Source of the DNA: TPA_inf: Saccharomyces
Lineage: Eukaryota
DNA: 64,000 nt
Reading direction: 5' to 3'
NCBI GenBank assembly: GCA_000146045.2
Contig: BK006943.2
Coordinates: forward strand, 576,001-640,000
Under the pieces are notes generated by a model. It was not told where the DNA came from. It was given only the letters and a program-made list of their open reading frames with translations, and did not search any database. This document shows positions 22,735-33,772 of this stretch, piece by piece. Numbering within the stretch: position 1 is the stretch's first letter; every line of letters begins with the position of its first letter. Both the position numbers and the translations under genes were made by a program.

Positions 22735-25700
22735 ATGCACGACGCAGAGAGTACCGTAGATTCTCTACTGAAGGAGATAGACAATGAAATGGAACAAACA
22801 AAGTCTAATATCACGCAAAATGGTTCCGAAGATACACCACACAACTGGAAGCTTCCGCTGCAGGAAATAGGCGATGATACCATGGAAATGTTGGTCAAAC
22901 ACAATACTAGGTCGAATGCTACAGAAAATAGTAGAGGTCGATCACCTTCTAAGATGTCTACCATCTCAAATGAAAGCCTTAATTTGGGTCTCTTACGTGT
23001 AAATTCGGAACTTGAAGAGTCTCCAGCCGCTGTGCATCAGGAACGGATTAAAAACTCTGTTGCCAACGGGGCACTTGGTCATGCCAATTCTCCCAAAGTG
23101 CTTAATAATCTGAAAAATATGGCACAAGATATAGATAAACTAGCCCGTGATGAGGAAAAGCCCGTAAAACTTAGCAGCTCTCCCCTTAAATTTACTTTGA
23201 AATCGACTCAACCACTGCTGTCGTATCCAGAATCGCCCATCCACAGAAGTTCTATTGAAATTGAAACGAATTACGATGACGAAGATGAAGAGGAAGAAGA
23301 TGCATACACATGTTTAACACAGTCACCTCAAATATTACACTCTCCATCAAGGATTCCAATAACTAACGCAGTGTCGATTAATAAGCTCAATCTTGATTTC
23401 ACATTGAATCCCAACGAATCAGACAAAAGTCTAGTATCTGACACCTCAGTTGATAGCACAGGACGAGAACTAGATACGAAAACAATCCCAGAATTACCAT
23501 TTTGTATGTCATCAACGCCCGAAATGACGCCAGTCGATGAGAAATGTAACCTTCCAAGTAAATTGTTGAACACTAGTAACAATTCACATTCTGATTCAAG
23601 ATCGCCAACAGCCTCTGTGGAGGATTTAAACATTTCAACGAATCTGCCGGGTGCTGATTCCAGCCAAAATAATCCAGTCACTACTGATGCGGATGCGCTT
23701 ATTGAAAACGATGTTGTGCGGGACCTTCAACAGAATATGGAACATATCGATGATGCTTTTGATGAGAAAAAAGTTCTTGACGAAGGTTGCAGCAATGAGC
23801 CCGTTACCTTTTTGGGTGAAAATGACACTAGGTCCATAGTATACTCTAATAAAGGGACCAATGCTAATGTTCAAGAATTTTCACAGGAAGATTCTCTAGC
23901 GCACAGTGAACCCAAATTCAAAGATCTTAATGCTACATCGGATGACGTATGGAATGAAGACAAAGAAACAGACGCAAATATTTCAACATCTACAAAGTCA
24001 GAGGAAAGCTACATTGCTGACTATAAAGTAACGAGACAAGAAGACTGGGATACCAAAAAGCTTCATCAAGAAAGTGAACATGCAAATGAACAACCGGCAA
24101 TAATTCCTCAAAAGGATTCTTCAGAAGAAACATTCACTGAACTAAATAATGAAAGTGAATTCCAAAGGAACTTTAAGGATGGAGAGGAATACCGAATCGT
24201 TCAACACGAGGAGAGCCTGTATGGACAAAGAACAAAGAGTCCAGAAGAAAATATAATAAATGGCAGTGAAATTGGTGTCGACCATGGAGAGGCCGCTGAA
24301 GTGAATGAACCATTGGCAAAAACTTCTGCAGAAGAACATGATCTTTCATCATCATGTGAAGATCAGTCGGTGAGCGAGGCTCGTAATAAAGACAGAATTG
24401 AAGAGAAGGAAGTTGAAACTAAGGATGAGAACATTGAAACCGAGAAAGATGAAAGTGAGTACCATAAAGTCGAAGAAAATGAAGAGCCGGAACACGTTCC
24501 CCTCTTACCACCCCTGCCAAGATGGGAAGAAATTCAATTCAACGAGCCATTTATAGATGAAAATGATACCTCCAATGATTCCATCGATTTAACCAGATCC
24601 ATGAAACCATCAGATTACATTTCTATATGGCATATCCAAGAAGAGGAAATCAAATCCAATTCACCAGAATCCATTGCCAACTCCCAATTTTCACAACAAT
24701 CCTCGATTACCACTGCATCTACGGTCGATTCTAAGAAGGATAATGGATCAACTTCGTTCAAATTCAAACCTAGAATAGTGAGCAGGAGTAGGATTTACAA
24801 TCCAAAAAGCAGAGTATCCTCATTGAATTACTACGATAATGAAGATTACATTTTAAGCAACAGTGAATGGAATGCACTCGACCCTATGAGAAGAAATACA
24901 CTCATCTCTAAAAGGATTCAAGATAACATAAGAACTCAAAAGGGTCACGCTCCACTTATTAGGCCAAGCATCATGAAACTTAATGGCGAAGATTCTGGTT
25001 TTCAGAATCATTTCTTGGAGGTAGAACAACCGCAAGAACACGAAAATATCCCATTAAGTACGCACCTAAGCGAACAAGATATCACAACAAATGTAGGCCT
25101 CGATGAACAGAAATTACCAACCAATACCCAGGACGAAGCTGAAATTTCCATTCGGGAAATAGAGAGTGCGGGTGATATCACTTTTAATAGGGGCGATTTA
25201 CTATCTTTATCCTTTGATGAGGAATTGGGTCAGGATTTTGCTAATTTTCTAGACGCTTTGGATCATGACTCCACATCTTTCAATCATGGGCCGGATGATT
25301 CATCCAGTTTTCAAAGAGACAGTTCAAAGAAAAGCTTCAATTCTCTTTGGGAAAGCAGTTACGAACTAAAACCGCCACCTTCCATAAGAAAGCAACCTAT
25401 TGCCCCCGACGTCCTGCAAAAATTATTAGAATCAGATACTAAAGATGACGCAGATTTGGAAAAAATTAGAGAAGAGCGTATAACTGAACCAAGGACTGGT
25501 TTGGGGATTGGAATGCTGAAAACACCAGTTAAGGATGTTTCAATTGCGCTAGCTGCAAGCATTAAAGGATATGAGGCAAGTTTCAGCGATACTGACTCTC
25601 GTCCAGAGGGCATGAATAATAGTGATGCCATCACTTTGAACATGTTCGACGATTTCGAAGAAGATAAAATGACCCCTTCCACTCCAGTTCGTAGTATAAG

Positions 25701-27078
25701 TCCAATAAAACGGCATGTTAGCAGTCCTTTCAAGGTCGTGAAAGCTGGAAACAAACAAGAGAATAATGAAATAAACATTAAGGCTGAAGAGGAAATAGAG
25801 CCAATGACGCAGCAAGAAACCGATGGTTTGAAACAAGATATTCCTCCACTGCTAGCGCAGACAAAAGATAACGTCGAAGCAAAAGAAGAAACGATAACTC
25901 AACTTGAAGAACCACAAGACGTTGAACAAGAATTTCCGGATATGGGAACACTTTATTTAAGTATAAAGGCTATTTCCACGCTTGCATTATATGGAACTAA
26001 GAGTCATAGAGCAACATATGCTATTGTTTTTGACAATGGGGAAAATGTCGTTCAGACACCCTGGGAGTCGCTTCCGTATGACGGTAACATCAGGATCAAT
26101 AAGGAATTTGAATTGCCCATAGATTTTAAAGGAAAAGCCGAAACATCCTCCGCTTCTTCTGAAAGAGATAGCTACAAAAAATGTGTTATCACATTAAAAT
26201 GTAAATATGAAAAACCTCGACATGAATTGGTCGAAATAGTAGACAAGGTGCCGGTGGGTAAGAGTTTTTTTGGAAAGACAAAGTATAAATTTGAAAAGAA
26301 GTATGTACAGAAAAAACCTAAACAAGATGAGTGGGATTATCTATTTGCACAAGACGGTTCATTTGCTCGTTGTGAAATTGAAATTAATGAAGAGTTTTTG
26401 AAAAACGTGGCATTTAATACCAGTCATATGCATTACAATATGATTAACAAGTGGAGTAGAATCGCAGACAAAATTCACGGCTCAAAAAGGCTGTACGAGT
26501 TACCACGCAAGGCGCCTCACAAAGTGGCTTCGTTGGATGTGGAAGCATGTTTCTTAGAAAGAACTTCTGCCTTTGAACAATTTCCCAAACAATTTTCATT
26601 GGTCAATAAGATTGTTTCCAAATACAAGTTGCAACAAAATATCTATAAAGAAGGGTATTTATTGCAGGATGGTGGTGATCTGAAAGGAAAGATAGAAAAC
26701 AGGTTTTTCAAACTGCACGGCTCGCAACTTTCTGGTTATCATGAAATCTCTAGAAAGGCTAAGATCGATATTAATCTGTTGAAAGTCACGAAAGTCCTAC
26801 GTAATGAAGACATCCAGGCGGATAATGGAGGGCAAAGGAATTTTACAGATTGGGTACTCTTTAATGAATGCTTCCAGCTAGTATTTGACGATGGTGAAAG
26901 AATTACTTTCAACGCGGAATGCTCTAATGAGGAAAAAAGTGATTGGTACAATAAGCTCCAGGAAGTTGTTGAGTTGAATGTTTTCCATCAACCCTGGGTG
27001 AAAAAGTATTGTGAAAAGTTAGCTGAGGAGGAAAAGACTCGAACAACCGGTCATAATTTGAAGCAAGATTTTAATTAG
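22735..27078 (+). CDS. BUD4: Anillin-like bud-site-selection protein (septin-ring landmark; C-terminal PH domain), 1447 aa
   Basis: ATG ORF MHDAESTVDSLLKEIDNEMEQTKSNITQNGSED... Size and order match YJR092W. Confidence 0.9.
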   Translation: MHDAESTVDSLLKEIDNEMEQTKSNITQNGSEDTPHNWKLPLQEIGDDTMEMLVKHNTRSNATENSRGRSPSKMSTISNESLNLGLLRVNSELEESPAAVHQERIKNSVANGALGHANSPKVLNNLKNMAQDIDKLARDEEKPVKLSSSPLKFTLKSTQPLLSYPESPIHRSSIEIETNYDDEDEEEEDAYTCLTQSPQILHSPSRIPITNAVSINKLNLDFTLNPNESDKSLVSDTSVDSTGRELDTKTIPELPFCMSSTPEMTPVDEKCNLPSKLLNTSNNSHSDSRSPTASVEDLNISTNLPGADSSQNNPVTTDADALIENDVVRDLQQNMEHIDDAFDEKKVLDEGCSNEPVTFLGENDTRSIVYSNKGTNANVQEFSQEDSLAHSEPKFKDLNATSDDVWNEDKETDANISTSTKSEESYIADYKVTRQEDWDTKKLHQESEHANEQPAIIPQKDSSEETFTELNNESEFQRNFKDGEEYRIVQHEESLYGQRTKSPEENIINGSEIGVDHGEAAEVNEPLAKTSAEEHDLSSSCEDQSVSEARNKDRIEEKEVETKDENIETEKDESEYHKVEENEEPEHVPLLPPLPRWEEIQFNEPFIDENDTSNDSIDLTRSMKPSDYISIWHIQEEEIKSNSPESIANSQFSQQSSITTASTVDSKKDNGSTSFKFKPRIVSRSRIYNPKSRVSSLNYYDNEDYILSNSEWNALDPMRRNTLISKRIQDNIRTQKGHAPLIRPSIMKLNGEDSGFQNHFLEVEQPQEHENIPLSTHLSEQDITTNVGLDEQKLPTNTQDEAEISIREIESAGDITFNRGDLLSLSFDEELGQDFANFLDALDHDSTSFNHGPDDSSSFQRDSSKKSFNSLWESSYELKPPPSIRKQPIAPDVLQKLLESDTKDDADLEKIREERITEPRTGLGIGMLKTPVKDVSIALAASIKGYEASFSDTDSRPEGMNNSDAITLNMFDDFEEDKMTPSTPVRSISPIKRHVSSPFKVVKAGNKQENNEINIKAEEEIEPMTQQETDGLKQDIPPLLAQTKDNVEAKEETITQLEEPQDVEQEFPDMGTLYLSIKAISTLALYGTKSHRATYAIVFDNGENVVQTPWESLPYDGNIRINKEFELPIDFKGKAETSSASSERDSYKKCVITLKCKYEKPRHELVEIVDKVPVGKSFFGKTKYKFEKKYVQKKPKQDEWDYLFAQDGSFARCEIEINEEFLKNVAFNTSHMHYNMINKWSRIADKIHGSKRLYELPRKAPHKVASLDVEACFLERTSAFEQFPKQFSLVNKIVSKYKLQQNIYKEGYLLQDGGDLKGKIENRFFKLHGSQLSGYHEISRKAKIDINLLKVTKVLRNEDIQADNGGQRNFTDWVLFNECFQLVFDDGERITFNAECSNEEKSDWYNKLQEVVELNVFHQPWVKKYCEKLAEEEKTRTTGHNLKQDFN

Positions 27079-27219
27079 AAGGTGATTAATGGAATGAAAA
27101 CAGCATATAATCTGATGACTGAGAGGTCTTTAGTTTAAAGATTAATTAAATACACATAATAAGAGTAAATACGTGAATCATGGACGATATATTTTTATTT
27201 CAATTTCACAGATCCCCAT

Positions 27220-28203
27220 TCATTTCGAATTTTGATTTTGATTTTGATTAGGCTGTTGGTTCATGGGTGGCATCATACCTGGCATGGGGAATGGTGGAAA
27301 GCTACCAAACATAGGTAAGGGTGGGAAGCTTGGATGCATTGGTGGAGCGGGAGGGTTTGGTGTTCCAGACATACTATTACCCATATTACTGTTCAGATTA
27401 GACATATTTGCATTGTTTACGTTGTTGTTGTTATCAATTATATTACCGAGGTTTGAGTCTGTATCATTCGCGGAATTCAACTTCCCTTGCTGTTGGAGGG
27501 ATAATAGGCCCATTAGGATCCTCCTAGGATTATAATCTTGTTGTAGTTTTTCCTGTCTATGTAAATACTCCATCCAGGTAAATTCGTTAAAACCGTAATT
27601 GAAATAATCACTTAAGTTGGCCCCCGGTTGCCTCCAGGGTTTCTCCTTTAATACTTCAGGATCTATTGTCGTTATGCCAACACTATCAAAGATTCCCTCT
27701 TTATCCAGGTCTATAGAACCAGTCATTGCTTTCGGTACATTTCCATCGCTCTCTGTAGCTTTTACGGTCGTTGCCGTTACACCTTGATTTGCTTCTCCTT
27801 CTGTTATTAGTCTTTCATCTGATGTCTTTGTGATGGTATTGGATACATCTGTAGCTACGCTAATTACGTCTTTGCTTGAAGATGTCGCTGCGGTAGAATA
27901 AGAATCGAGTAGTTTTGCATCTAACCTAGTAGGGTCAGGACCCAGACTTATGATAACCTCTAGGTCAGAATCACTATCGTCATCTGAGGAGTCAGAGTAG
28001 ATATCTTCATCAGAACGATCATCTCTGGCAGTAGCTGGAGTTTCTTCCACGGGAGAGTCGAATTTTTGCCTTTTAACTATATCAGGATTACTGGACGCAC
28101 CTGCGTCTGCTTCATCATCTCTTGATCGTTTAGATGAAGGTAGTGCTAATTCGGAGTCGGAACCATACAAGAACTTGTCGTCTTCGTCTTCACTGGAGCT
28201 CAT
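27220..28203 (-). CDS. FIP1: mRNA cleavage/polyadenylation factor (CPF) subunit, 327 aa, acidic N-terminus and Pro/Asn-rich C-terminus
   Basis: ATG ORF MSSSEDEDDKFLYGSDSELALPSSKRSRDDEADAGASSNPDIVKRQKFD... conserved Fip1 motif ...PWRQPGANLSDYFNYGFNEFTW... Confidence 0.9.
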   Translation of the reverse strand: MSSSEDEDDKFLYGSDSELALPSSKRSRDDEADAGASSNPDIVKRQKFDSPVEETPATARDDRSDEDIYSDSSDDDSDSDLEVIISLGPDPTRLDAKLLDSYSTAATSSSKDVISVATDVSNTITKTSDERLITEGEANQGVTATTVKATESDGNVPKAMTGSIDLDKEGIFDSVGITTIDPEVLKEKPWRQPGANLSDYFNYGFNEFTWMEYLHRQEKLQQDYNPRRILMGLLSLQQQGKLNSANDTDSNLGNIIDNNNNVNNANMSNLNSNMGNSMSGTPNPPAPPMHPSFPPLPMFGSFPPFPMPGMMPPMNQQPNQNQNQNSK

Positions 28204-28568
28204 TTAGAGAAATGCTAATAATTTTAGTGTAGGCAAAAGGAATAAGAATGCAAAGCACGATGGTGCGGTTTAACAAAGTGAATTTGGTGATGTACTCTCT
28301 CAAGATTTATGTCGCATTATTCGCTACGAAGGTTTTTCAAGATTAAAACGAATCTCCTTTCCCATCGCGACATACGATAAGGCTAATAACGCTACGGTAT
28401 TATGTCATGGAGCTTGAGACATTGAATACATATATATACCTATATATAATATATATATATGCAAATACACAAATTCTTAGCAATTTGAGTGAGACAATGG
28501 AAATAAAGAAATGAGTGTGAATGGATATATTTTGAGGGAAGGGGGAAGATTGTAGTACTTTTCGAGAA

Positions 28569-29651
28569 TTAAGAATAGGTTTTACTAAACTTGTAGGATA
28601 TTTCTTGAAACCTGACCTTGTCATAATAATCTTGATCATTAGAACTGCTGAAGGAGTAAGCCGCAGCATATCTTGACAGTTTGGAGTTCAACTTTTTTAG
28701 GAATTCTAACTCTTTTGAATTTAATTTTTGTAGTGATGGCGGTGGTGATTTTTCAACGTCGAAGGCAATTTCTAATGGGTAATAGTAGGAGGGCACCTGA
28801 GGTTCATCTATAAATGGATCTGCCTCATATACATTATCGGAGGCGTTGTTATTATTGCTGGTATTATTATAGTAATTACAATTAGTGCTTTTATGGTTGC
28901 TATAGTGACGATTATTAAAGGAATGTATGTTATCAGTATGTGGTGGAAACTGATCTTGATATTGGGAGTATGAATCCGTGTTTTTTGAATTTATTGATTC
29001 ATGAATATTTGTGGGTTTTGAATAGGTATAATTAGTGGTATATGGGTAGAAGTCTTGTGTGTATGGGAATTCATTGAATTCAAAATTTTCTTGGAATATT
29101 TTGATATCTTTTTGTGCATTTGTATTAGTTTCATATTTTATTGTGTCACTAATATCGATATCATCTCCATTTCTGTTGCTCTTTTGAAAGTTATCATGGT
29201 TATTGAATGATGAGTGGAACGTAGATGCGGATTCATCATTAGAAAAAAGAGATGATAATGAAGAGGATCTGGTACTTTCAGAGCTCTTTTTTCCTCTTTC
29301 AGGACCAGTTGCCATTGTGCAGTCCTTCGTAGTTTTCGTTTCCTTGGAAATAGGCTGAGAATCAATATTTTCCAAATTCAGAAACTCTTCATTGAACAAT
29401 ATTTGAGGATTAATTAAATGAATTGGTTGTGTATGAACCAAGTTCTGCAGCTGAGATGAGGCAATTTTGTCAGACTTTTCAAAATGCCAACTTCTAGGGG
29501 AAATTGTAGATCCAAAAGAAAAACAAGGACGGTCTTCTTGATCGGTGGTTGTGTCATAATAAATGTTAGGTTGTTGTTGCTGTTCAAAAGGAAAGAGGAA
29601 GAAACCATCTTCTAAGGCAGCGTGAAGTTTTCCATGCATATCCGCTTGCAT
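28569..29651 (-). CDS. IME1: Master transcriptional activator of meiosis, 360 aa
   Basis: ATG ORF MQADMHGKLHAALEDGFFLFPFEQQQQPNIYYDTTTDQEDRPCFSFG... followed upstream (29652-~32300) by an unusually long gene-free regulatory region. Confidence 0.9.
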   Translation of the reverse strand: MQADMHGKLHAALEDGFFLFPFEQQQQPNIYYDTTTDQEDRPCFSFGSTISPRSWHFEKSDKIASSQLQNLVHTQPIHLINPQILFNEEFLNLENIDSQPISKETKTTKDCTMATGPERGKKSSESTRSSSLSSLFSNDESASTFHSSFNNHDNFQKSNRNGDDIDISDTIKYETNTNAQKDIKIFQENFEFNEFPYTQDFYPYTTNYTYSKPTNIHESINSKNTDSYSQYQDQFPPHTDNIHSFNNRHYSNHKSTNCNYYNNTSNNNNASDNVYEADPFIDEPQVPSYYYPLEIAFDVEKSPPPSLQKLNSKELEFLKKLNSKLSRYAAAYSFSSSNDQDYYDKVRFQEISYKFSKTYS

Positions 29652-30407
29652 TTTGTTTGTGGGGAGAGGAATAGAAAAGCTTTTCTTTTATTATTTTTTT
29701 CCTTTTTCACCAGTAATGGGTGCCAGTAGGAATTTGTTTCTCTGTAGGTGACTAATGACAGTAGTATATTATGCTTTTAATCTTTAACAATACTACTGGT
29801 CGATTTATAATATGATAATGTAAAATAAATCGTAATAGGATAGTCGATGTTTGTATCTACTTCACGAAACAGTTATGGTATACGGTAGTTTAAATATCTG
29901 AAGAAGCAAAAATACCGAACTACAAGGGAAGCATTTTGAGAAAAATATTAAGATCAAAAGATAATTAATTTACCTTAAATACATAAAAGAGGAAAAGTAA
30001 TATACAAGGTAAACAACAGGCAAGGAACAAGATCAAAAACGTCCGACCCCAATTTAGTAGTAAATTACAGTAAGAGAAAAAGGTATTGGGGCTGATACAT
30101 ATTAATTGTGCGTTGTTGTTGTTGTTTAATTTTAGATTGGCTATTATGAGTACACACAAAACGTTGTAAACGCAATCACCCATGGATAAGCGCTCCCTTT
30201 AAAATGCACTACGAAATCATTGATCTACTAACTTTAAACCGGACTTAAACCATCAAAGGGTGCTCTAGATCTCATCGATGTATTCTGATGCAGCCAAAAT
30301 TGCGCAATCAATCACGTTTCCCGATATAGAAAACTAATTGGCTGTGTTACGTGGCTGGGGGTTCTGTAATTCCTTTCTTCCCCGGTGAATCATCAAGATT
30401 GGGCTAA

Positions 30408-30439
30408 GCGCCTTTGATCCTTTCCCTCGAAGACGGAAA
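30408..30439. promoter_or_regulatory. 32-bp IRE-type element, proximal copy (IREd-like), about -770 from the IME1 ATG
   Basis: gcgcctttgatcctttccctcgaagacggaaa is a 30/32 direct repeat of 30773-30804. Confidence 0.5.
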
Positions 30440-30772
30440 TGGGGCCGCAGGATAAAAAATGGTGTGTCTGTAATTCCGATTTTTTGCTTATGTAATCATG
30501 TAACTTTCTTCTAGTCCCTTTGCAGACATGCATGACACTTCCTTACCCGAATAGTGAGTTAGATCTGTGTTAGGATGCAGGATGGGCAGTTCAAAGGCTT
30601 TTCTTATCGTATCTTTACCTTTTCCTGTAACTAAGAAGGTTTTTGAGTGCATGTAAAGGCACATAAATGAAACTTTAATTCCCTGCGTATTTAAGACCCA
30701 AGAAGCCACCATGACGCTTCCTTGATGTTGTATCTACCCCCAATCCTGGCGCCCCCTCCTGCGGGCACGCAT

Positions 30773-30804
30773 GCGCCTTTGATCCTTCCCCTCGAAGACG
30801 AAAA
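30773..30804. promoter_or_regulatory. 32-bp IRE-type element, distal copy (IREu-like, contains STRE CCCCT), about -1137 from the IME1 ATG. A further CCCCCT lies at 30752-30757
   Basis: gcgcctttgatccttcccctcgaagacgaaaa. Position matches the published IREu (-1153..-1122) from memory. Confidence 0.5.
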
Positions 30805-31598
30805 GTAAACAAAGATACGCACTTTTTTTCTCCAACGCAGTATTGAAGGTACCATCACATGCTTACTCACTTTGCGGCTGCTATAACACCGTGGCAGTGT
30901 AACGTTTTACCGTTTGTCCTTTGCTACCGCATTTTAAAGTGGTACAAGATGTTGAGAGAAAAGATTTCCTGCAGCCATGATTAGGAGAGGTAATAGCGGA
31001 TGACATCAACGAATAAGCTTTATCCAGCGGCTTGTATAGTTCTGTGTACACAATTACTGCCGGGCTCTCTGAGCATTTGCGTTTCTCGGGCTAGCTTCAT
31101 TACTTAGTAACTTCAAATTAATGAAATATTTAATTATCATGATTCCAAACAAAACTACTTTAATTTCAATCACATTTTTGTTATCTGCCTGAAACGATAG
31201 CTGTACGGGTACGTTCTTGATAAATAAAACTCAGTGTTTAAAACTCTCTTTTTACATCTGTTCGCCGATGATTGCTTGCTCGGAGGTACTAGTCATCGGA
31301 ATTGAGGAAATTCCTTTTCTCCTTTGTTTTCTCTTTATCCCCGCGTAAATACGCGGAATGCCAATAATCAAGTACACATTCTTTCTCCAAGTTGGCCAAA
31401 AAATAGTTCAAATTCTTTAAACTAAGCGCTATTAATTATTATTAATTATATAAGTTTGAAAATATCAATGCAGGACCCTATTTCTTCACGAGGGTGTATC
31501 CAGAAACGGTTTCTTATATAGTGTTGGCGCTCACTTTTTTCCTACCCACGTCTATATATGCAACGCCTACTTGTTTTAATCAACATCACAATTTTATG

Positions 31599-31610
31599 CT
31601 TTTGAGGTAC
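31599..31610 (-). promoter_or_regulatory. Rme1 response element (minus-strand GTACCTCAAAAG), about -1950 from the IME1 ATG
   Basis: Plus strand cttttgaggtac. Matches the Rme1 consensus GWACCTCAARA. Confidence 0.55.
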
Positions 31611-31680
31611 AGCAGTTAGCCGTACGTTTTCGGCAGTCGCTAAAAATGTAAGCGCGGCATTTACTGCCATTTAGTGGACT

Positions 31681-31691
31681 TCTTGAGGTTC
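31681..31691 (-). promoter_or_regulatory. Second Rme1 response element (minus-strand GAACCTCAAGA), about -2035 from the IME1 ATG
   Basis: Plus strand tcttgaggttc. Lies 70 bp from the first site, the same spacing as the known paired RREs. Confidence 0.55.
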
Positions 31692-31995
31692 TTTTGACAT
31701 CCGCATTCTTGCAGCAAATACACCCCCACCCTTCTTTTATTGAGAATATCTACTGAACCTCCGTGAGGGAATACATTAATCAAATTACTCCAACACCATA
31801 CGGGCCGTGGCGGAAAGAACAGCATGATATAGATAATATATGATATGAATTGATTTTTTTTTCTTTTTTTCTTGCGGCTGGTATGGTATTGTAAGGATGA
31901 TAGTGCATTCTATGAGTGATTTTTGTGACGGTGACGTACGATCTCTATACCTTTTTAGCCGCCCATCTTCTGCCTTTCATTTTTATGCCAACCCT

Positions 31996-32028
31996 CCATC
32001 CATACATCCTTTTTAACCCATACATATC
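31996..32028 (+). promoter_or_regulatory. Two tandem Rap1-like sites (ccatccatacatcc; aacccatacatatc) about 280-310 bp upstream of RPL43B
   Basis: Resemble the ribosomal-protein-gene Rap1 consensus ACACCCATACATTT, each with 2-3 mismatches. Confidence 0.4.
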
Positions 32029-32304
32029 ATTTAGATTATTGTTTTTTAATTTTTTTTTTATCAGATGTTGTTCATCGCGAAATTTATAATCTTTCGATTG
32101 AATCGCACTTGTCGTGCATAATGATAAATACCTTCCGGAGAGAAAACTCAGACCCACTGGGAAGTTCCTACCTGCCGAGTAAGACCAGCTTGAAAAATTT
32201 GAAATTTCAACTGAGAATCAGAATATATTACTGCCCTTCGTGTTGTAGGGTTATTCATTAACTATATACGATATTATAAACAGCATAGATAATCAAACAA
32301 AAAA

Positions 32305-32858
32305 ATGTATGCATATAATAGAGGAATTGGATGACTAAATGTTCTTATATTGGAGTTAGTGGAGATGCGTGGTAGATTTGAATTAAATAGAAAGTGCTGG
32401 GGTTGATAAACCACGAAATATCGCAGTTGAGGAGAATGATAAGCCAGGATAGATGGTAGCGCATTTTTGGGGCAATCTCACTGTAGGTCCACCACAACTC
32501 AATATGACTACATCGAATCAGTTATAAGGCAAGTTTTTAGTTTACTAACAAATATTTCCATCTTATTTTTTTTTTTTGCAGGGCTAAGAGAACAAAGAAG
32601 GTCGGTATCACAGGTAAATACGGTGTCCGTTATGGTTCATCATTGAGAAGACAAGTTAAGAAGCTTGAAATTCAACAACATGCCAGATATGACTGTTCCT
32701 TCTGTGGTAAGAAGACTGTTAAGAGAGGTGCAGCTGGTATTTGGACTTGTTCCTGTTGTAAGAAGACCGTTGCCGGTGGTGCTTATACTGTTTCTACTGC
32801 AGCTGCCGCTACTGTTAGATCTACCATCAGAAGATTAAGAGAAATGGTTGAAGCTTAA
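32305..32858 (+). CDS. RPL43B: Ribosomal protein L43 (eL43), 92 aa, two exons: 32305-32306 (AT) and 32582-32858. Intron 32307-32581 with GTATGC 5'SS, TACTAAC branch point at 32544-32550 and CAG 3'SS
   Basis: Exon 2 encodes (M)[69 protein letters not shown]...REMVEA. The only way to restore ATG-GCT-AAG is AT + G|GCTAAG across a 275-nt intron. The intron has a consensus branch point 31 nt before the 3'SS. Confidence 0.85.
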
Positions 32859-33772
32859 ACTTCTTTCATTCATTTTCTCTTGGCTTTCACTAGGTATATC
32901 TATTCCATAACGACTATGTTTTGTATTTGTTAATTTACATAAAACCATATCAGTACATCAACGAACTGTAAAAAAGAAACTTTAGCATAATTATTGCGGA
33001 TATTTAAACTCACTTGCAGGTAAGAGCAAAAGGCGATTGATTTCCAGTCCGCCTCTTGTCACGTGATTTAGTAAGAAATTTTGACAGCACCCTCGGTTTA
33101 ATGGAAAAGAGGGGCGTTTTTCGATGAACCCGAGGGGAGACTAGAGAATCATCTCGGTTGAATGGAGCATTATTTTTTTAGTAGCGCCCGCCCGGAGAAA
33201 TGGACGTTGGCGAATGAGCCATGAATTATTAACCGCCCATGTCTACCAGATACCACATCGTATGACAGTACCAGCCTAGTCCCGGTAAACCGCAAACGGA
33301 CCTTAATTGTGACGAAGGGCCCAAATTTGATGGGTCGGTGTTAATGATTAGTCCTCATTGTCATAATAAAGTGTGATGATGGAGGCAATGATGATATACG
33401 GTAGTACTACTGCTCGAGGTGCTATCTTTTAACCAATCCTTTGAGATTCTTGTCGCCACGGAGTTACTACCTTTTACAAACCGTAATGTCACATTTTGCA
33501 TATATCTTATGTATAAATATATAGTTCACTTACTACTTGTTCTCGTTTTGTTAACTTTCTTGTTGTAGTTCTTCTTGTTCTTGGCGTTTCCCCCTTTGTT
33601 TTCTATCTGCTTCATAAGTAAAGTGCAAAGCATTTTGGAAGATATTATCAATTGAGTCATTGAAAGAAACTTGGCATCTTCCCTATTACTAAAACTAAGA
33701 ATACTTGATTCAAGAAAGAAGTTTATATTAGTTTTAGCCGTAAGATAACATAACAAAGAAGAAGAAAGAAAA

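Larger units (their letters stand above)
30200..31560 (-). ncRNA. IRT1: Approximate extent of IRT1, the Rme1-dependent lncRNA transcribed through the IME1 promoter (boundaries not determinable from sequence)
   Basis: Placed from established knowledge that IRT1 initiates just downstream of the Rme1 sites (found at 31599-31691) and runs toward IME1 over ~1.4 kb. No sequence-intrinsic boundary signal. Confidence 0.3.
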
